Shown here: positions 1 through 12,979 of the stretch, one piece after another
Position numbering within the stretch: position 1 is the stretch's first letter
Layout: every line of letters starts with the position of its first letter
From: Mobula hypostoma
Lineage: Eukaryota
Assembly (NCBI RefSeq): GCF_963921235.1
Contig: NC_086108.1
Location: 39,558,001 to 39,622,000, forward strand
Direction of reading: 5' to 3'
DNA: 64,000 nucleotides
Program-made: the position numbers and the translations under genes
Notes under the pieces: model-generated
What the model was told of the DNA's origin: nothing
The model's database searches: none
Seen by the model: only the letters and a program-made list of their open reading frames with translations

Positions 1-880
1 CTTAATACTGGATGCTGCCTTTTTGAGGTATCGTATTTTGAAGATGTCCTCAGTGCTGGGGAGGCTAATGGCCATGATGGAGTTGGCTGAGTTTGCAACT
101 TGCTGCAGTTTTCTCCAATCCTGTTCAATGGCCCCTTCGTACCAGATGGTGATGCAACCAGTTTGCCATGGTACATCTGTAGAAATTTTCAAGAGTCTTT
201 GATGACATACCCTAGGTCTCTCCAAACTCCTAATGAGGTAACTTCTTTGTAATTGCATCAATATATTGGGCCCAGGATATTTCCAGAGATATGGACACAG
301 GAGCTTGAAAATGCTCACTGTTTCCACTGCTGATCCCTCAATGAGGGCGGGGTTGTGTTCCCTTGATTTCCACTTCCTGAAACCCACAATCAGTTTGTTG
401 GACTCACTGATACTGAGTAAAAGGTAGCTGTTTCCACACCACTGAACCAGCTGATCTATCTCACTCTTGTACGCCTTCTTGTCACCATTTGAAATTCTGC
501 CAACAATAGCTCTGTCATTTACAAATTTGTGAATGGTGTTTCAGCACTGCCTAGCCACACAGTCGTGGTTGCAAAGAGGGTAAACAATGTGCTAAGCTCA
601 CATCCTGAGGTGCACCAAGCGTTGTCAATGAGGAGGAGATATTATGGCTGATCCGTACCGACAGTGGCTCCCAGTGAGGAAGACAAAGATCCTGTTGCAG
701 AAGGAGGTATATAGGCCCAGATTTTGGAGTTTGTTGATTAGTACTGAGGGTATGATGGTGTTTAACACTGACCTTTAATCAAGAAACAGAAGTCTGACAT
801 AAGTATTTCTGTTCTCCAGGTGATCCAGAGCCAAGTGCAGAGCCAATGAGACTGTGTATGCTAGAGACCTATTGTGGCAA
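1..880 (-). mobile_element. Decayed Rex1/Babar-like non-LTR retrotransposon fragment (RT region)
   Basis: Antisense similarity to the RT-containing copies at 13.0-15.4 kb and 18.3-19.65 kb; many stops. Confidence 0.6.
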
Positions 881-1504
881 TGGGAACCTCTAACAGCAGC
901 AGTGAGAGATTAAAGATATCCTTAAACACTCATACCAGTTGGGTGGCACTGGTTTTCAGTGCCCTACCAGGGCCTGATGCCTTTAACATAATAAAATATT
1001 TTAAGCTGTTTCTGGGAAAGTTATAAACCTAAATTTGTTAGAGAGTCACACATGATGAGCTAAATGGTATGGAATGTTAGGCAACATTTATTTATGGAGG
1101 GGTGAAGACAAGATAGATAATGGTGAAGAAATTTAGAAAGGGAATTGCAGAGTTAGATCTTTTTTTTGGCGTGTGCCTGTGTGCGTGCGAGTCTTGCGTG
1201 TGTGTGCGTCTGCATGTCCATGCGTGCGTCCATGCGTGCATTCGTGATGATGTCTTTTTCATGACTTTTTTTTACAAGGCGCGGAGTGAGAGAGAGAGAG
1301 ACTGTGTGACACGCCACTCCTCACACAGACACTTTTACAGTATTTTCCTTTTATTTTACAAGGTTCAGTTGCGATCTGGACGCTCAACCCAGCACAGATG
1401 GAAAGCATACTTGGGAGCGGACCCGACTCTGATGTCGTTGCGCCTCCAGCCAGCCCAACAGAGTTAGATCTTGATAGCTGAAAACAAGTCCCCCTATTGT
1501 GGAT

Positions 1505-1895
1505 ATATACACTCAATGGCCACTTTATTAAGTACACCAATCAGCCAATCATATGGCAGCAACTCAATGCATAAAAGCATGTCAACATGGTCAAGAGGTT
1601 CAGTTGTCATTCAGAAGGGGTATTTGAATATCTCAGAAACTGAGTTTACAGAGAATGGTGCAAGAAACAAAAAAATATTCTGTCGTCAATGACCTTATTA
1701 ATGAGGGAAGTCAGGGGAAAAAGGCCAAACCATTTCAAGCTTACCTCAGATAACCACAGGTCACAACAGTAATGTATAGAAGAGCATTGCTGAGCCTGAA
1801 CACACAATACTGTACATTGAATCTTGAAATGGATGGGCTACAGCAGCAGAAGACTATACATTCAGTGGCCGCAGTTTTAGGTACAAGAGGCCACT
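1505..1895. mobile_element. Short Tc1/mariner-like non-autonomous remnant
   Basis: Starts tatacactcaatggccactttattaagtacacc, a Tc1-like terminus; a related motif recurs at ~1858-1886. Confidence 0.45.
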
Positions 1896-3154
1896 TACTG
1901 AAGAATTCAGGAATGATCCAGAAGCCAGAATTGGAAGAGCTTTGGAGATGAAGGGTCAGTTGAAGGATTAGAAAAATAGAAATTTAAATGTTGGATCTGG
2001 AGCCATTGTAAGCCAGTGTCAGTGGGTGGGTTATGAATGCATTGTGCATACTGGGTTGCAGGTAGCAAGGATTTAGAAAAACATGTTTCATAAGATGGAC
2101 AATTAAATGGTGGCCAGTAGAGCATTAGAATTTAGAAATCTACTAAATAGAACTTGGATTTTGAATGCTAGAAGTAATGTAGGCATGCATCAGAGTTTCA
2201 GCAGCTGATGAACTGAGGCAGTGATAGAGATGATACATGCCAAAAACTTGAATTAGAATACCAAGGCTAAGAGGTCTGATCCAGGCTCAGACTTCTGCTA
2301 GAGAGAGAGAAATAGATCCTGTGGTTAGCAAATGGAGTTTGCTGCAACTTATATGGTTTTGATAAGCATCACTCCAACTTAACAATAAAGCAGATTATGA
2401 TAGATTGCTGACTGATGAAAGTTTAGTGCTTTCGTCTGTATGTAGGAAATATCACAATTTTAGTCTCCCAGCTACACCAATTACTTAGAATTCAAATGAT
2501 ATAGAAGTAAAAACATCAGCAGGGTATCAGAAGCATGATTAACAATTTACATATATAAATTGGTTTAACATTAGTATGCATTGTTTTTCCAGCTTCTTGT
2601 CAAATTTATGCGAAGATATAGGCACAATGGTATAAAGAATGGAAGGTGATGAAGACTAAAATATCTGGCATTTAGAATTCCCTTTGATGTGGTTGCAACT
2701 TCTTTGAAGAATGTCTGCAACAAACGGAATCTGACCAGGCCAACATCTTTGTTAAAGATGAGATGACGACTTAGACATTTTGTCTCTCCTCGGTATTTGT
2801 TCACACATTTTAACTCAGCTGTTTTCAATACATTACAATAGTTGGAAGTTGCATTTTAAAATGTAATTACCAGAATGAATTAATGTAAAATAATCCGTAT
2901 AGTGCATTCAATAAAAATAAAGGACCTGGTTTTGTACACGAGGCAGGAATATGAATAAACAACAAAAGCATGTCAGAAAACATTTATATTAAAGAAGTTG
3001 GCAAGATGACAGCCTACTCAAAACAGAAGATGCTGGAAACAATCAGTAGTTGGGCAGCTTCTATTGGAGGTGAAACAGAATGATGAAAGGACATTAACTT
3101 GAGTTCTATCTCCAAGATGCATCTGACCTGATGAGAATTTCCAGCATTTCTGTA

Positions 3155-3705
3155 AAACCCTGGCTAGACCACCCTTGGAGTACTGCGTTCAGTTCTGTTC
3201 ACCTCATTATAGGAAGGATGTGGAAACTTTAGAGAGAGTGCAGAAGAGATTTAATAGGACACTTCCTGGATTAGAGAACATGTCTTATGATGAAAGGTTG
3301 AGCAACCTCGAGCTTTGGGTTGAGGGAGGATGAGAGGTAACTTGATAGAGGTGTATAAGATCATGAGAGGCATAGATGGAGTGGACAGTCAGCTCCTTTT
3401 TACTGAAGGTGGCAGTGGCCAATGCCAAAGGACATCCATTTGAGGTGAGTAGAAGAAAGTTTAGAGGAGATGTCAGAGGTAAGTTTTTAAAACAGTGGTG
3501 GGTGCATGAAACACAGTGTCATAGGTGGTGATAGAGGCTGATACAATAGGGGCATTTAAGAGACTCTTTGATAGGCACGTGGATGACTTTGGGGCTGTAA
3601 AGGAGGGAAGGGTTAGATTGATCAAGGAGGGGGTGTATATAGGACAGCACAACATCCTGAGCCAAAAGGCCCATAATGTGCTGTGCTGTTCTATGTTCTA
3701 TGTTC
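3155..3705 (+). mobile_element. CR1 LINE 3' fragment (old)
   Basis: Degenerate RPxLEYCVQF...LERVQ.RF and RG.LIEVYKI motifs, ending in a (TTCTATG)n tail. Confidence 0.85.
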
Positions 3706-5399
3706 GTTATCTGTGTCCCTCTCACTCAGATTTCTAGACTAAGTTATATGTGGCATTTGTAACAATATGAAGTTATTTGGTGGACATACAATTCCATTCG
3801 GCTTTACACATAGTATTCTTACTCATCTTAATAATAATGGCTATTTACAGTCTATCTTGCCCATTAAGTTTTTTACAAACCAGTGGCCATATAATTTTTC
3901 ACAGTGGCAGATGGATAGTATTATTTCAACACAGAATCACCACAATACAGATTCAGCCCAATAAATACCTATTCATGAACCAATTCACACAAGCCTAATC
4001 ACTACAATATAGCAACAGCATGATTACTTTGCCCTAAAATGCACTTTCTGGTTCTATCTGTGCTTTTTCTTGGAAAAATTGTGCATAATTTATATTTCTC
4101 TTGTGAATACTGCTTATCTAATACTCCATGCCTGTGAAGCTGCTGAAAGTAAGTTTTCCTTTGCACCTCTGCAGACATATATTAGTGTAGATGACAACAA
4201 ACTTGACTTTGACTTTGAGCTGTGAATCAATTGACAGTGACCTTGAATCAGAGGGATTCAAGATTCATTTCCTTTGGACTTGAACATAAAAGTTGAGGCT
4301 AATGCTTCTGTGCAGAACTGAGACATAATGTTCTAATTCCTGTTTTTGACAAGATCTTCGATCAATACCTAGTCTGCTCTTTCACTTGGATGTAGATGAT
4401 CTCATGGCGCTGAAAAGGAGCCGGGGTGTTACTCCTGGTGCACTGCCCAATATTTCTCATTCAGCAACACACAAAATGCTGGAGGAATTCAGCAAGTCAG
4501 GTGGCATCCATGGAGAGAGATGGACAGTCATCAATTCGGGTTGGGAGCATTAATCTGAACACTACTTGAATTCTTGACCCAAAACACCAACTGTCCGTCT
4601 TCTCCATTGATACTGCATGGTCTGCAGAGTTTCTCTCGTGGATCTTGTGCATTCCTCCAGTGTCCAGCATCTGCAATCCTTTGGGCCTCCAATCTTTTTC
4701 CTTCCCTCACTATTACTAAAAGAACCGGTTGTCTGACTATCACGTTGGTGCTAGTGAAAACTCATGTGTACTTGTGAATACACTGTTGGCCACCATCCTG
4801 TTCAGGAGTAGTAACAAGGCTAAAATAGTAATCCCTGTCACACACTTAAGAACGTGAGTGGCTTCATACGAATGTATTTTTTCTTTAAAATCAAGGACAG
4901 AAAACCATATACTTGGTATGCCCAATGCCATTATTTTCTCCTTGTATTAGACAAAGAAATAGACAGATGTAAATATGTAAGCCTGACCTTTGTAAAGGTT
5001 ACAGTCAAAGGCTGGCTTCTGACAACAATTACGGTTTTGTAATGAAGAAAACATGAAAAAGGTTAGTCATTTGAAGAACAATATGTAGTTACTTATGCTA
5101 TTAAGTCCCATTATTGCTGTTGGATGCATGAATGGTGAAGGATTTGATTTTACATAGATTATGACATTTGTAGTTAAACCCGTATAAGCTGGCAGTAATA
5201 TAGTTTGGTCTATCTCTGAAATGTCTCTCAGGATCCTGAAACTAGTTTCAATTGTCTTGATAAGTCAGTGAGGAATTTCCATTTTTTTTCAGCATTTGGC
5301 ATGTTTCTATCATTTTGTTTTAGTTCTCCCAGGAATTTGGGGTGAGCTGGAGAGGGAATAAGTCATCATTATGGTCTACAATGGTATGTCAAATGTGTA

Positions 5400-5962
5400 A
5401 GAAGGTAAGAAGCTGCTGACAGTAGCGGACTCTACCCTATGCATCACTGACACATCCCTCTCCACCTCTGATAGTACCTACACAGGCACTGCCTCAACAA
5501 GGCAACATCCATCACCAAATATCCCCACCATCTGGTCTATGCCATCTTCTCACAACTATCCATGGGCAGGAGGTACAGAAGCCTGAATTCATGCACCACC
5601 AAGTTCAGGAACAGCTATTCCCCTTCAACCATTTGATTCTTGAACCAACTGGCAAAACTCTGATCACTATGACCACTTTGATCACTTTGCACCATACGTC
5701 GACTGCACCTCTTCCTATAGATGCTGCCTGGCCTGCTGCGTTCACCAGCAACTTTGATGTGTGTTGCTTGCACCATAATGAACTTTGTTTGGCTCTAATT
5801 GAGTTCTTTCTTGCAAAAATGTGTTGAACTTTGTTTCCCTTGTGCATGCTGCTTATATGATACAATGTGTCTTGGGGCTGCTGCAGTTCCATTTCCACTG
5901 AACCTGTGTGTACACGAACTTGTGCATATGACAATCAACTCATCCTTGACTTTTTGACTTTG
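5400..5962 (+). mobile_element. Rex1/Babar-like 3' end with a 71-bp Penelope-tail insertion
   Basis: Same 3' end as 14.9-15.4 kb, with a (ctttga)n tail. The insert at 5697-5767 is flanked by the duplication TTGCACCATA. Confidence 0.7.
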
Positions 5963-6129
5963 ATGTACAAAAGATTGCAGCAGGCTAATCTTACCTGAGG
6001 TTCTTTATCTTGTTATCATTAGCTGTATTTTCATGTAACCATTCAAGGGGGGCACGAGGCAGAACTGGAGTGAGTGCCTAAAAGTACAGAGAAGGCCATA
6101 TTTCTTTAATCAAGAAAACCTGGAAGTAT

Positions 6130-6970
6130 TAGCACAAGAGACTCTGCAGAAATCCAGAGTAACACGTGGAAATCGCTGGAAGAACTCAGCAGGTCGGGCA
6201 GCATTTATGGAGAGAAATAAAGCACTGATGTTTCGGGCTGAGATCCTTCATTGGAATTGGAAAGGAAGGGGAAAGGGTCAGAATAAGAAATGTGGGGAGG
6301 AGGGGAAGGATTACAAGCTGGAAGGTGATAGGTGAAGTCAGGTGAGGGGGGATGGTATGTGAGTGAGGGAGAGGAGATAATGTGAAAAGCTGGGAGATGA
6401 TAGGTGGAAGAAGTAGAGGGCTGAAGAAGAAGGAATCTGATAGGAGAGGAGAGGTACTAGAAGGAGGTACTAGAGAAAATAAGGAGTAAGAGGGGAGCCA
6501 GTGAGGACAACCTTTGTTCCATCCACAACAGGCAGGATTACCAGGTGACCAACCATTTTAATTCCACTCCCCATTCCCATTCTGACATGTTAATCCAAGG
6601 CTTCCTCTACCGCTACAATGAGGTCACCCTCAGAATGGAAGAGCAACACCTCATATTCTGTCTAGGTAGCTTCCAACCTGATGACATGAATATTGATTTC
6701 TCCATCTTCCAGTAATTTCTCCTTTTCTATTCCCAATTCAGAATCAAAATCTCCCCTTACCCATTCTCTTCTCCTCACCTGCTTTTTCCTTTCTCCCATG
6801 GTCCACTCTCCTCTTCTACCAGATTCCTTCTATTTCAGCTCTTTACTCCTTCCACCTTCTCACTTCAGCTCCTCACTTCATCACCACCCCCCACCTACTT
6901 ATCTTACCCCTTACTAGGTTTCTCCTAACACCTTACAGCTTGTACTGCTCCCCCTCAACCCACATTCTGA
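6130..6970. mobile_element. Penelope-like element fragments in inverted orientation (6130-6500 minus; 6505-6970 plus)
   Basis: The plus part translates, with decay, to HFNSTPHSHSDM...LRMEEQHLIF.LGSFQPD.MNIDF, the C-terminus of a Penelope GIY-YIG endonuclease. The purine-rich minus part is the reverse complement of its pyrimidine-rich 3' region. Confidence 0.75.
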
Positions 6971-7814
6971 AGTAGTGAGGAAGTGTTCAGGGGTTGGTTC
7001 ATTGCCCGTTCAGAAATCTGATGGCAAAGGGGAAGAAGCTGTTCCTAAAACACCAAATGTGTGTCTTCATGACCCTGTACCTCCTCTCTGACGGTAGCAA
7101 TAAGAAGAGAGCATGTCCTGGGTGACAGGGTCCTTAATGATAGACTGCAATGGAGAACATTTCAACTGACAAAAGCACCTCTGATAAACAAAGCACCTTT
7201 GATAAACGAAACGAATTTCTTTTCCACTACATTGAAAGATCTATAGACAATGGTATGCGTTGATGCAGTTATGCCTGTCTCAAATTGAAGGCTGATTGTT
7301 GTTTGTATTAATTGCTGCTACCCACATCCCAAAACTTCTGAAACATGTCCTATGCTTACCAATTCCTAGCTCCTCTTATCCTCCCAGTCATTTGTACAAT
7401 TCTCCCTCCAGTGTCCAAGAGGTATGCAGAATTCAAGTTAGAATCTGATCAATTATTCCAACCTCTTAGCTTGTTAATATCCTGGAGAAGCAACTGCAGT
7501 GTCAGAGATTTATGTACTGTTAATCCGTTTTCTCTCTTCATCTTTTTAACTTACCTAGTCTTGCAGGTTTTTATTCTTGACTTATTTTCAAGTTTTCCCT
7601 TTCTTCAATTATGAAAATAGACTCACACTGTTTATTTAGCAAGACAGCAATTTCCTTATTATCAATTATTTCCTCACCAGTTCTACCTCTCTTTTAGTAT
7701 ATTTACACTTAGTGCACTTTATTATTTTTATTGATGCATTTTTAAATTTATGTTGATACTCCCATTTGTGGAACAGGCCTCACCGTCCAGAAACACAGCC
7801 TAATCACAGGACAA

Positions 7815-8385
7815 TTTCAAATCGCATATTAACCATATTATTAAGACTGTGTTCTTTCATTTAAGGAACATTGCAAGGGTTTGATTCCTTATAACATTTC
7901 AAGGTACAGAAAAATTGCTACAGGCTTTTGTTTTTAGCTGATTGTAATGCGCTCTTTTCAGGACTGCCTAAGAAAGATATGAATCTGCTGCAGCCTGTTC
8001 AAAATGCAGCAGCAAGAATCTTAACCAAAAAAAGAGAAAATCTGAGGGCATTGCACCAGCTATGGCAACACTATGCTGGTTGTCTGTGTCCTTTAGGTCA
8101 ATTTTAAAATATTCTTCTTTGTATATAAGGCACTGAATAATCTAGCTCCTCCATATATTTTGGAGTTCCTATGCCTTTACATCGCCATCATAATCTTAGA
8201 TCTGCAAATATTGGTTTGATTAGTTTTCCTAGAGCCAATCATATAAGAACTGGTGAAGCAGGTTTTTGCTCTTATGGCACCAAAAATCTGGAATACTCTA
8301 CTGAATGAGATATGTCAGCCTAGTACTGTAGAACATTTCAAAACACTTCTAAAAATCTACTTTTTAAATTTGGCCTACTTATGGG
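7815..8385 (+). mobile_element. L2-clade LINE 3' fragment
   Basis: Broken frames give FFHLRNIARV...CNALFSGLPKK...VQNAAARILTK...YKALNNLAPPY, typical of the L2 ORF2 C-terminus. Confidence 0.75.
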
Positions 8386-9055
8386 ATGTATTAATTCCTG
8401 TTGATTTTCATTAGATGTATATAATTTGGTATATTCTATTACATATCCATCAATAGTGAATTTATTATTATACCATTTGTTTCTTCTTTACACATTTCTA
8501 TGATGTCTAAACCAATCTTGAGTGAAATTTTTACTTGTATCTTTGTTAATCTTGTTTTCTGTTGACTGTTGTTGCTTGGCTACTCATGTGGAGCGTTTGC
8601 TTTCTCAAATGATTTGCTGGATCTGTATTGTTGCAAATGCTTCATTTAACACATTCCACTCAGCTCAGCTCAGCCCCGTTCATTATCTTAATTTATTTGT
8701 TGTCCCTTTGAAAATTTATTTATTTTAAACTAAGAAAATACCTTTTTGCTCCCCTTCATAACATTACTATCAAATTCAGTCATTGTCACCATTCATAATT
8801 TGTGTGGTCCACAACAGGATGTCCTTCCATCAATTTTCACTATTGATGGAGTTAAATTCTAGAATTCTGTATCCGACAAGAGGGTTTTTACATTTGAGGT
8901 AAAATAGGGCTTCAATAGTATAGCAGTTACCTTACTGGGCTAGCATCCACAATTATGGACCATTCACCCAGAGGTACGAAGTCACATAAACAGTCAACTA
9001 GGAAACAGGCCATTCGGCCCACCACCTCCATGTTAGTTATTTATTTAGAGATACA

Positions 9056-10136
9056 TGATCGTGCGTTCAAATTTGGAAGACTAAGGGTATTTCACGGTTT
9101 TTGGAATTATTTTTAGATGGTTCCCTTATGTCTTTTGAACAATTATCTAATAAATATAATTTACCAAGAATACATTTTTTAGATATCTCCAAGTTAGAAA
9201 TTTCCTAAGTACTATACTCTCTTCCTTTCCGACGCTACGTCCTACATATATTTTAGATACTATAATTAACCTTAATCCATGTCAGAAAGGTGTAACGGCT
9301 ATTATTTATAATATTATTATGAAACTTAGGAAAGCTCCATTTGATAAGATTAGGTCAGATTGGGAACAAGAATTGGGTTCTATTATTTCCATGGATGACT
9401 GGGGGCAGATTTTACAATTAGTCAATACTTCCTCTATCTGTGCTAAACATTCCCTAATTCAATTTAAAGTTGTTCATAGAGCACATATGTCCAAAGATAA
9501 ATTAGCTCGTTTCTATTCTCATATTAATCCTTTTTGTGATAGATGTCCGGGGCAGATAGCCTCTTTAACTCATATGTTTTGGTCTTGTCCTACTCTGGAA
9601 ACTTTTTGGAGAGACATTTTTAATATTATCTCAAAGGTATTGAATATAGATATTTCTCCTCATCCTATTACTGCTATCTTTGGATTACCTAAAATTTCCA
9701 GTAATCTTTCCCCTTCAGCCCGTAGAATGATTGCATTTCTTACTTTAATGGCGAAAAGATGTATCTTACAACATTGGAAAGAGCCTAATGCTCCAACTAC
9801 CTTTTTTTGGTTTTCCCAGATGATATTATGCTTAAATTTGGAGAAAATTAGAAGTAATCTTTATGATTCCTCACTTAAATTTGAACAGACCTGGAGATCT
9901 TTTATTCAATATTTTCATTTAATGTAATTTTTTTTCTCTTTTGTTCCATATTTATATTCCCTTCTTGCCTTTTTTTTAACTGTTTTTAATGGAGGTCGGG
10001 TTTGAGGACGTGATTTTAAGTTCTTTAACTCTACCTGTTTCCAAGTTAGCCCATTGCTTTGCTTTGCTTTTAGTTTAGTTGCACGGTGGGTTTTTTTTGG
10101 GGGTCTTTTTTGGGGTTTTTTTTTTCTTTTCTTTAT

Positions 10137-10174
<38 letters not shown>

Positions 10175-10341
10175 CAGTATACTATTATTTTACCATATTA
10201 TTTTATGTTTAAATTGCACTGTTTGTATCAATTTTTTCTTCTGTATTAATATCTCCTGTAATTTCTAACAGTGTATTAGTGCCTTTATGGTTTACCCTTT
10301 GTATACTTATTCAACAAAAAGATTTAAAAAGAAAGAAAGAA
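9056..10341 (+). mobile_element. 5'-truncated L1-clade LINE (ORF2 C-terminus, ORF 9319-9927)
   Basis: CCHC motif CDRC..ASLTHMFWSCP, A-rich (GAAA)n tail, and target duplication AGAGATACA at 9047-9055 and 10342-10350. Confidence 0.85.
10139..10168. repeat. (AT)n microsatellite inside the L1-clade 3' UTR
   Basis: Directly visible. Confidence 0.95.
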
Positions 10342-10595
10342 AGAGATACAGTGCGGAAAAGGCCCTTCTGGTCCAACAGGCCACACCACCCAGAAACCCA
10401 GCTGATTAGCACTAGTTTAATCACAAGAGAATTTACAATGACCAATTAACTTACTAACCAGTACGCCTTTGGATTGTGAGAGGGAACCGGGGCAGCTGGA
10501 GTTAAACCCATGGGATCATGTGGAGAACGTACAAACCTCTCAAAGACGGTGCCGGAAATTTACTCCAAACTCTGGAACTCTCCGAGCTGTGATAA
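10342..10595 (-). mobile_element. V-SINE/HE1-like SINE whose tail was hit by the L1 insertion
   Basis: Contains the ctttggattgtgagagggaaccgg...aaaccca...ggagaacgtacaaac core on the antisense strand; its tail (ttatttatttagagataca) lies on the other side of the L1 at ~9036-9055. Confidence 0.6.
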
Positions 10596-11334
10596 ATGAG
10601 TAACTATTTAATTTCACAGTTTCTATATCTCAATGAGTAAATATACAAATCATGTCAGTAGGTTGCTTTGACAATAGCAATGAACAGTTTACATGCCAGC
10701 AATGCTGTTGTAAGCAAGTTTTCCACTGTATCTGTGCTTTACCATACTAACGTATATGACAATAAACTCAACTTGATTTAAACTTTTCTTCACCTTCGAC
10801 CCATTCCATTCTATGATGAATGAGTGCAGGTGTAAGTTCAAGGCAAAGTCTGCAAGATATCGAATTTGCATTTTGCAAGAGTTTCTTAATGGGAATCATA
10901 ATTGAAAAATTCATGATGAACTCAGATCAAGTTAACTTTCAGATGAAAAGCAAAAATAAAACTGCAGGCATTGGAAATCTTAAATAAAATTGGGAGGTGC
11001 TGGAAATAGCAGACAAAGTTAATGTTTCAAGTCAATGTCCCTTCATCAGATTGGTTTGAAGTTTTAGCATTGTTTCTTCACCTGATCTGACAAGCATATC
11101 CAACACTTTTTATTGTTTAAACATAAGTTTAAAGGATCAGGAAGAACTGTACAGACTGCACAAAGGTAATTCTGCCACGGATTTAACCTCATACATTTGG
11201 TTCATATTTTCATTCCAATTTACATGTCTTCCTAAATAATGAAAGCTGAAAATGCAAACTCTATGTTGTAATGACACCTTTCTGCTAGTGGTGGTGGTGC
11301 AGTGCTTCCTCTGGTAGCTGGGTGTAACTACAAC

Positions 11335-11900
11335 AGAATCAGAATCAAATTTCATATCACTGGCTTGTCTCATAAAATTTGTTGTTTTGCAGCAGCAGTA
11401 CAGTGCAATACATGTAACCAGTTACTATAAATTACAATAAGAATATAAGAAATTGGCAGTCCAAAAAGAGAACAAGAAGTGAGGTAATGTCCATGGGTTC
11501 ACTGTCGGATCAAAATTCTAATGGTGATGAAGAAGCTGTTCCCACAAAATGGAGTGTGTGTCTTCAGGCTCCTGTACCTCCTCCCTGGTGGTAGCAATGA
11601 CAAAAGGACTTGTCTTGGATGTTGAGGTTCCTTAATAATGGATGCTACCTTCTTAAGGCATCGCTGTTGAAGATGTCCTCAATAGTGAGGAGGCTGGTGC
11701 CCACGATGGATCTGGCTGAGTTTACAAGCCGCTGCAGATTTTTGGATCCTGTGCATTAGCTCCTCCATGTTGGATGGTGATGGAGTGAGAATTCTCTCCA
11801 CGGTACATCTGTAGAAATTTGCTCGAGTCCCTGGTAACATACCAAATCTCCTCAACCCCTATTGAAATATTAGGCCTTGTGTGCCTTCCTTGTAACAAGA
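11335..11900 (-). mobile_element. Rex1/Babar-like 3' fragment
   Basis: Begins with a (cagaat)n tail and matches 28680-29140, 6970-7150 and 1-260. Confidence 0.65.
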
Positions 11901-12979
11901 CATGCTGACTGGGACAATTTATAGTGTATGTTCAGACATAAGGATTTCAAATAAATATAGATTAAATAAATTTTAATTAATTTGAAACAATATATCAAAG
12001 GTTGTTTAGCACTTGCTTATTCAAGACTTTCCTCTGTAATTTTTTTCAGTATGCCTAATTTTACATAGAAATTCAATTTCTTTAAAAATCCTTTTCCAGC
12101 TCAAAATAAACTCTAACGGAAATTTTAATTCACTCTTAATAGTAATCCATGACGAAGTGAAATAATGCAGATTTGAATAAGTACAAATCATACCTGCTTC
12201 ACAGTTCTGAGGACTGTGTTCACTGCAGGTCTCAGATGTGTGTGTGTGTGTGTAATTTACAAGTTTGCTGTGCAACTACATTGCTGGACAGTCTGGCTGT
12301 TTCACATATCCCAAGGATGAATCAGTAGATAAATTTATAAATTAGTATAGGTAACTAAGAAAGGAGTCAATGGGCATGTTTTTCTCTAATACGGTATCTC
12401 CTTACAATATGAAAGAAGATCATCGGGCACATTGTGTCTAAGTCAACTCTTAGAACAACCCCATGGCTGTATTTACTGTCCTTGCAATCCACCACCTTTT
12501 GTACACCTATCAATTCCATCCTGATGGTCCTACAGCCTACCTGTATTCAAGACAATTTCCAATAGCCAATGAAGTTGTGGAACAACAGACAAATAAAGGA
12601 AAGGAGGATGGGACTGAAGGAATTGCTCTTCTGGGAACAGGCTTAGACATGTTGGGCCAAAGGCATTATTCTGTGTTGAAGTAAGTAGAATATATATCAC
12701 GTTCGGTCATTTTTCTTATTGACTGTATCAATTTTTCCAGGACCGCACAACACTGTCAAAGCATTTGTTGCCCATCTCTACTTATCCTTGGAAAACTGAT
12801 GTGAAGCGATCTTGAGCCACCTCAGCTCTTCTGGTAAAGGCCACACACAATGTGGGGAAGGTTACCCAATTGAAACTCATCAACAGTGGTGATATATTTC
12901 CAAGATAAGATGCTGTATGGCTTGGAGGGAAACCTGCCTATGGTAGTTTTCCTATGCTCCTGAGCATCTAATGATTAAG

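Noticed and set aside
9319..9927. 202-aa ORF as a host gene
   Set aside because: It is the L1-clade ORF2 C-terminus inside a truncated insertion with an A-rich tail and a target duplication.
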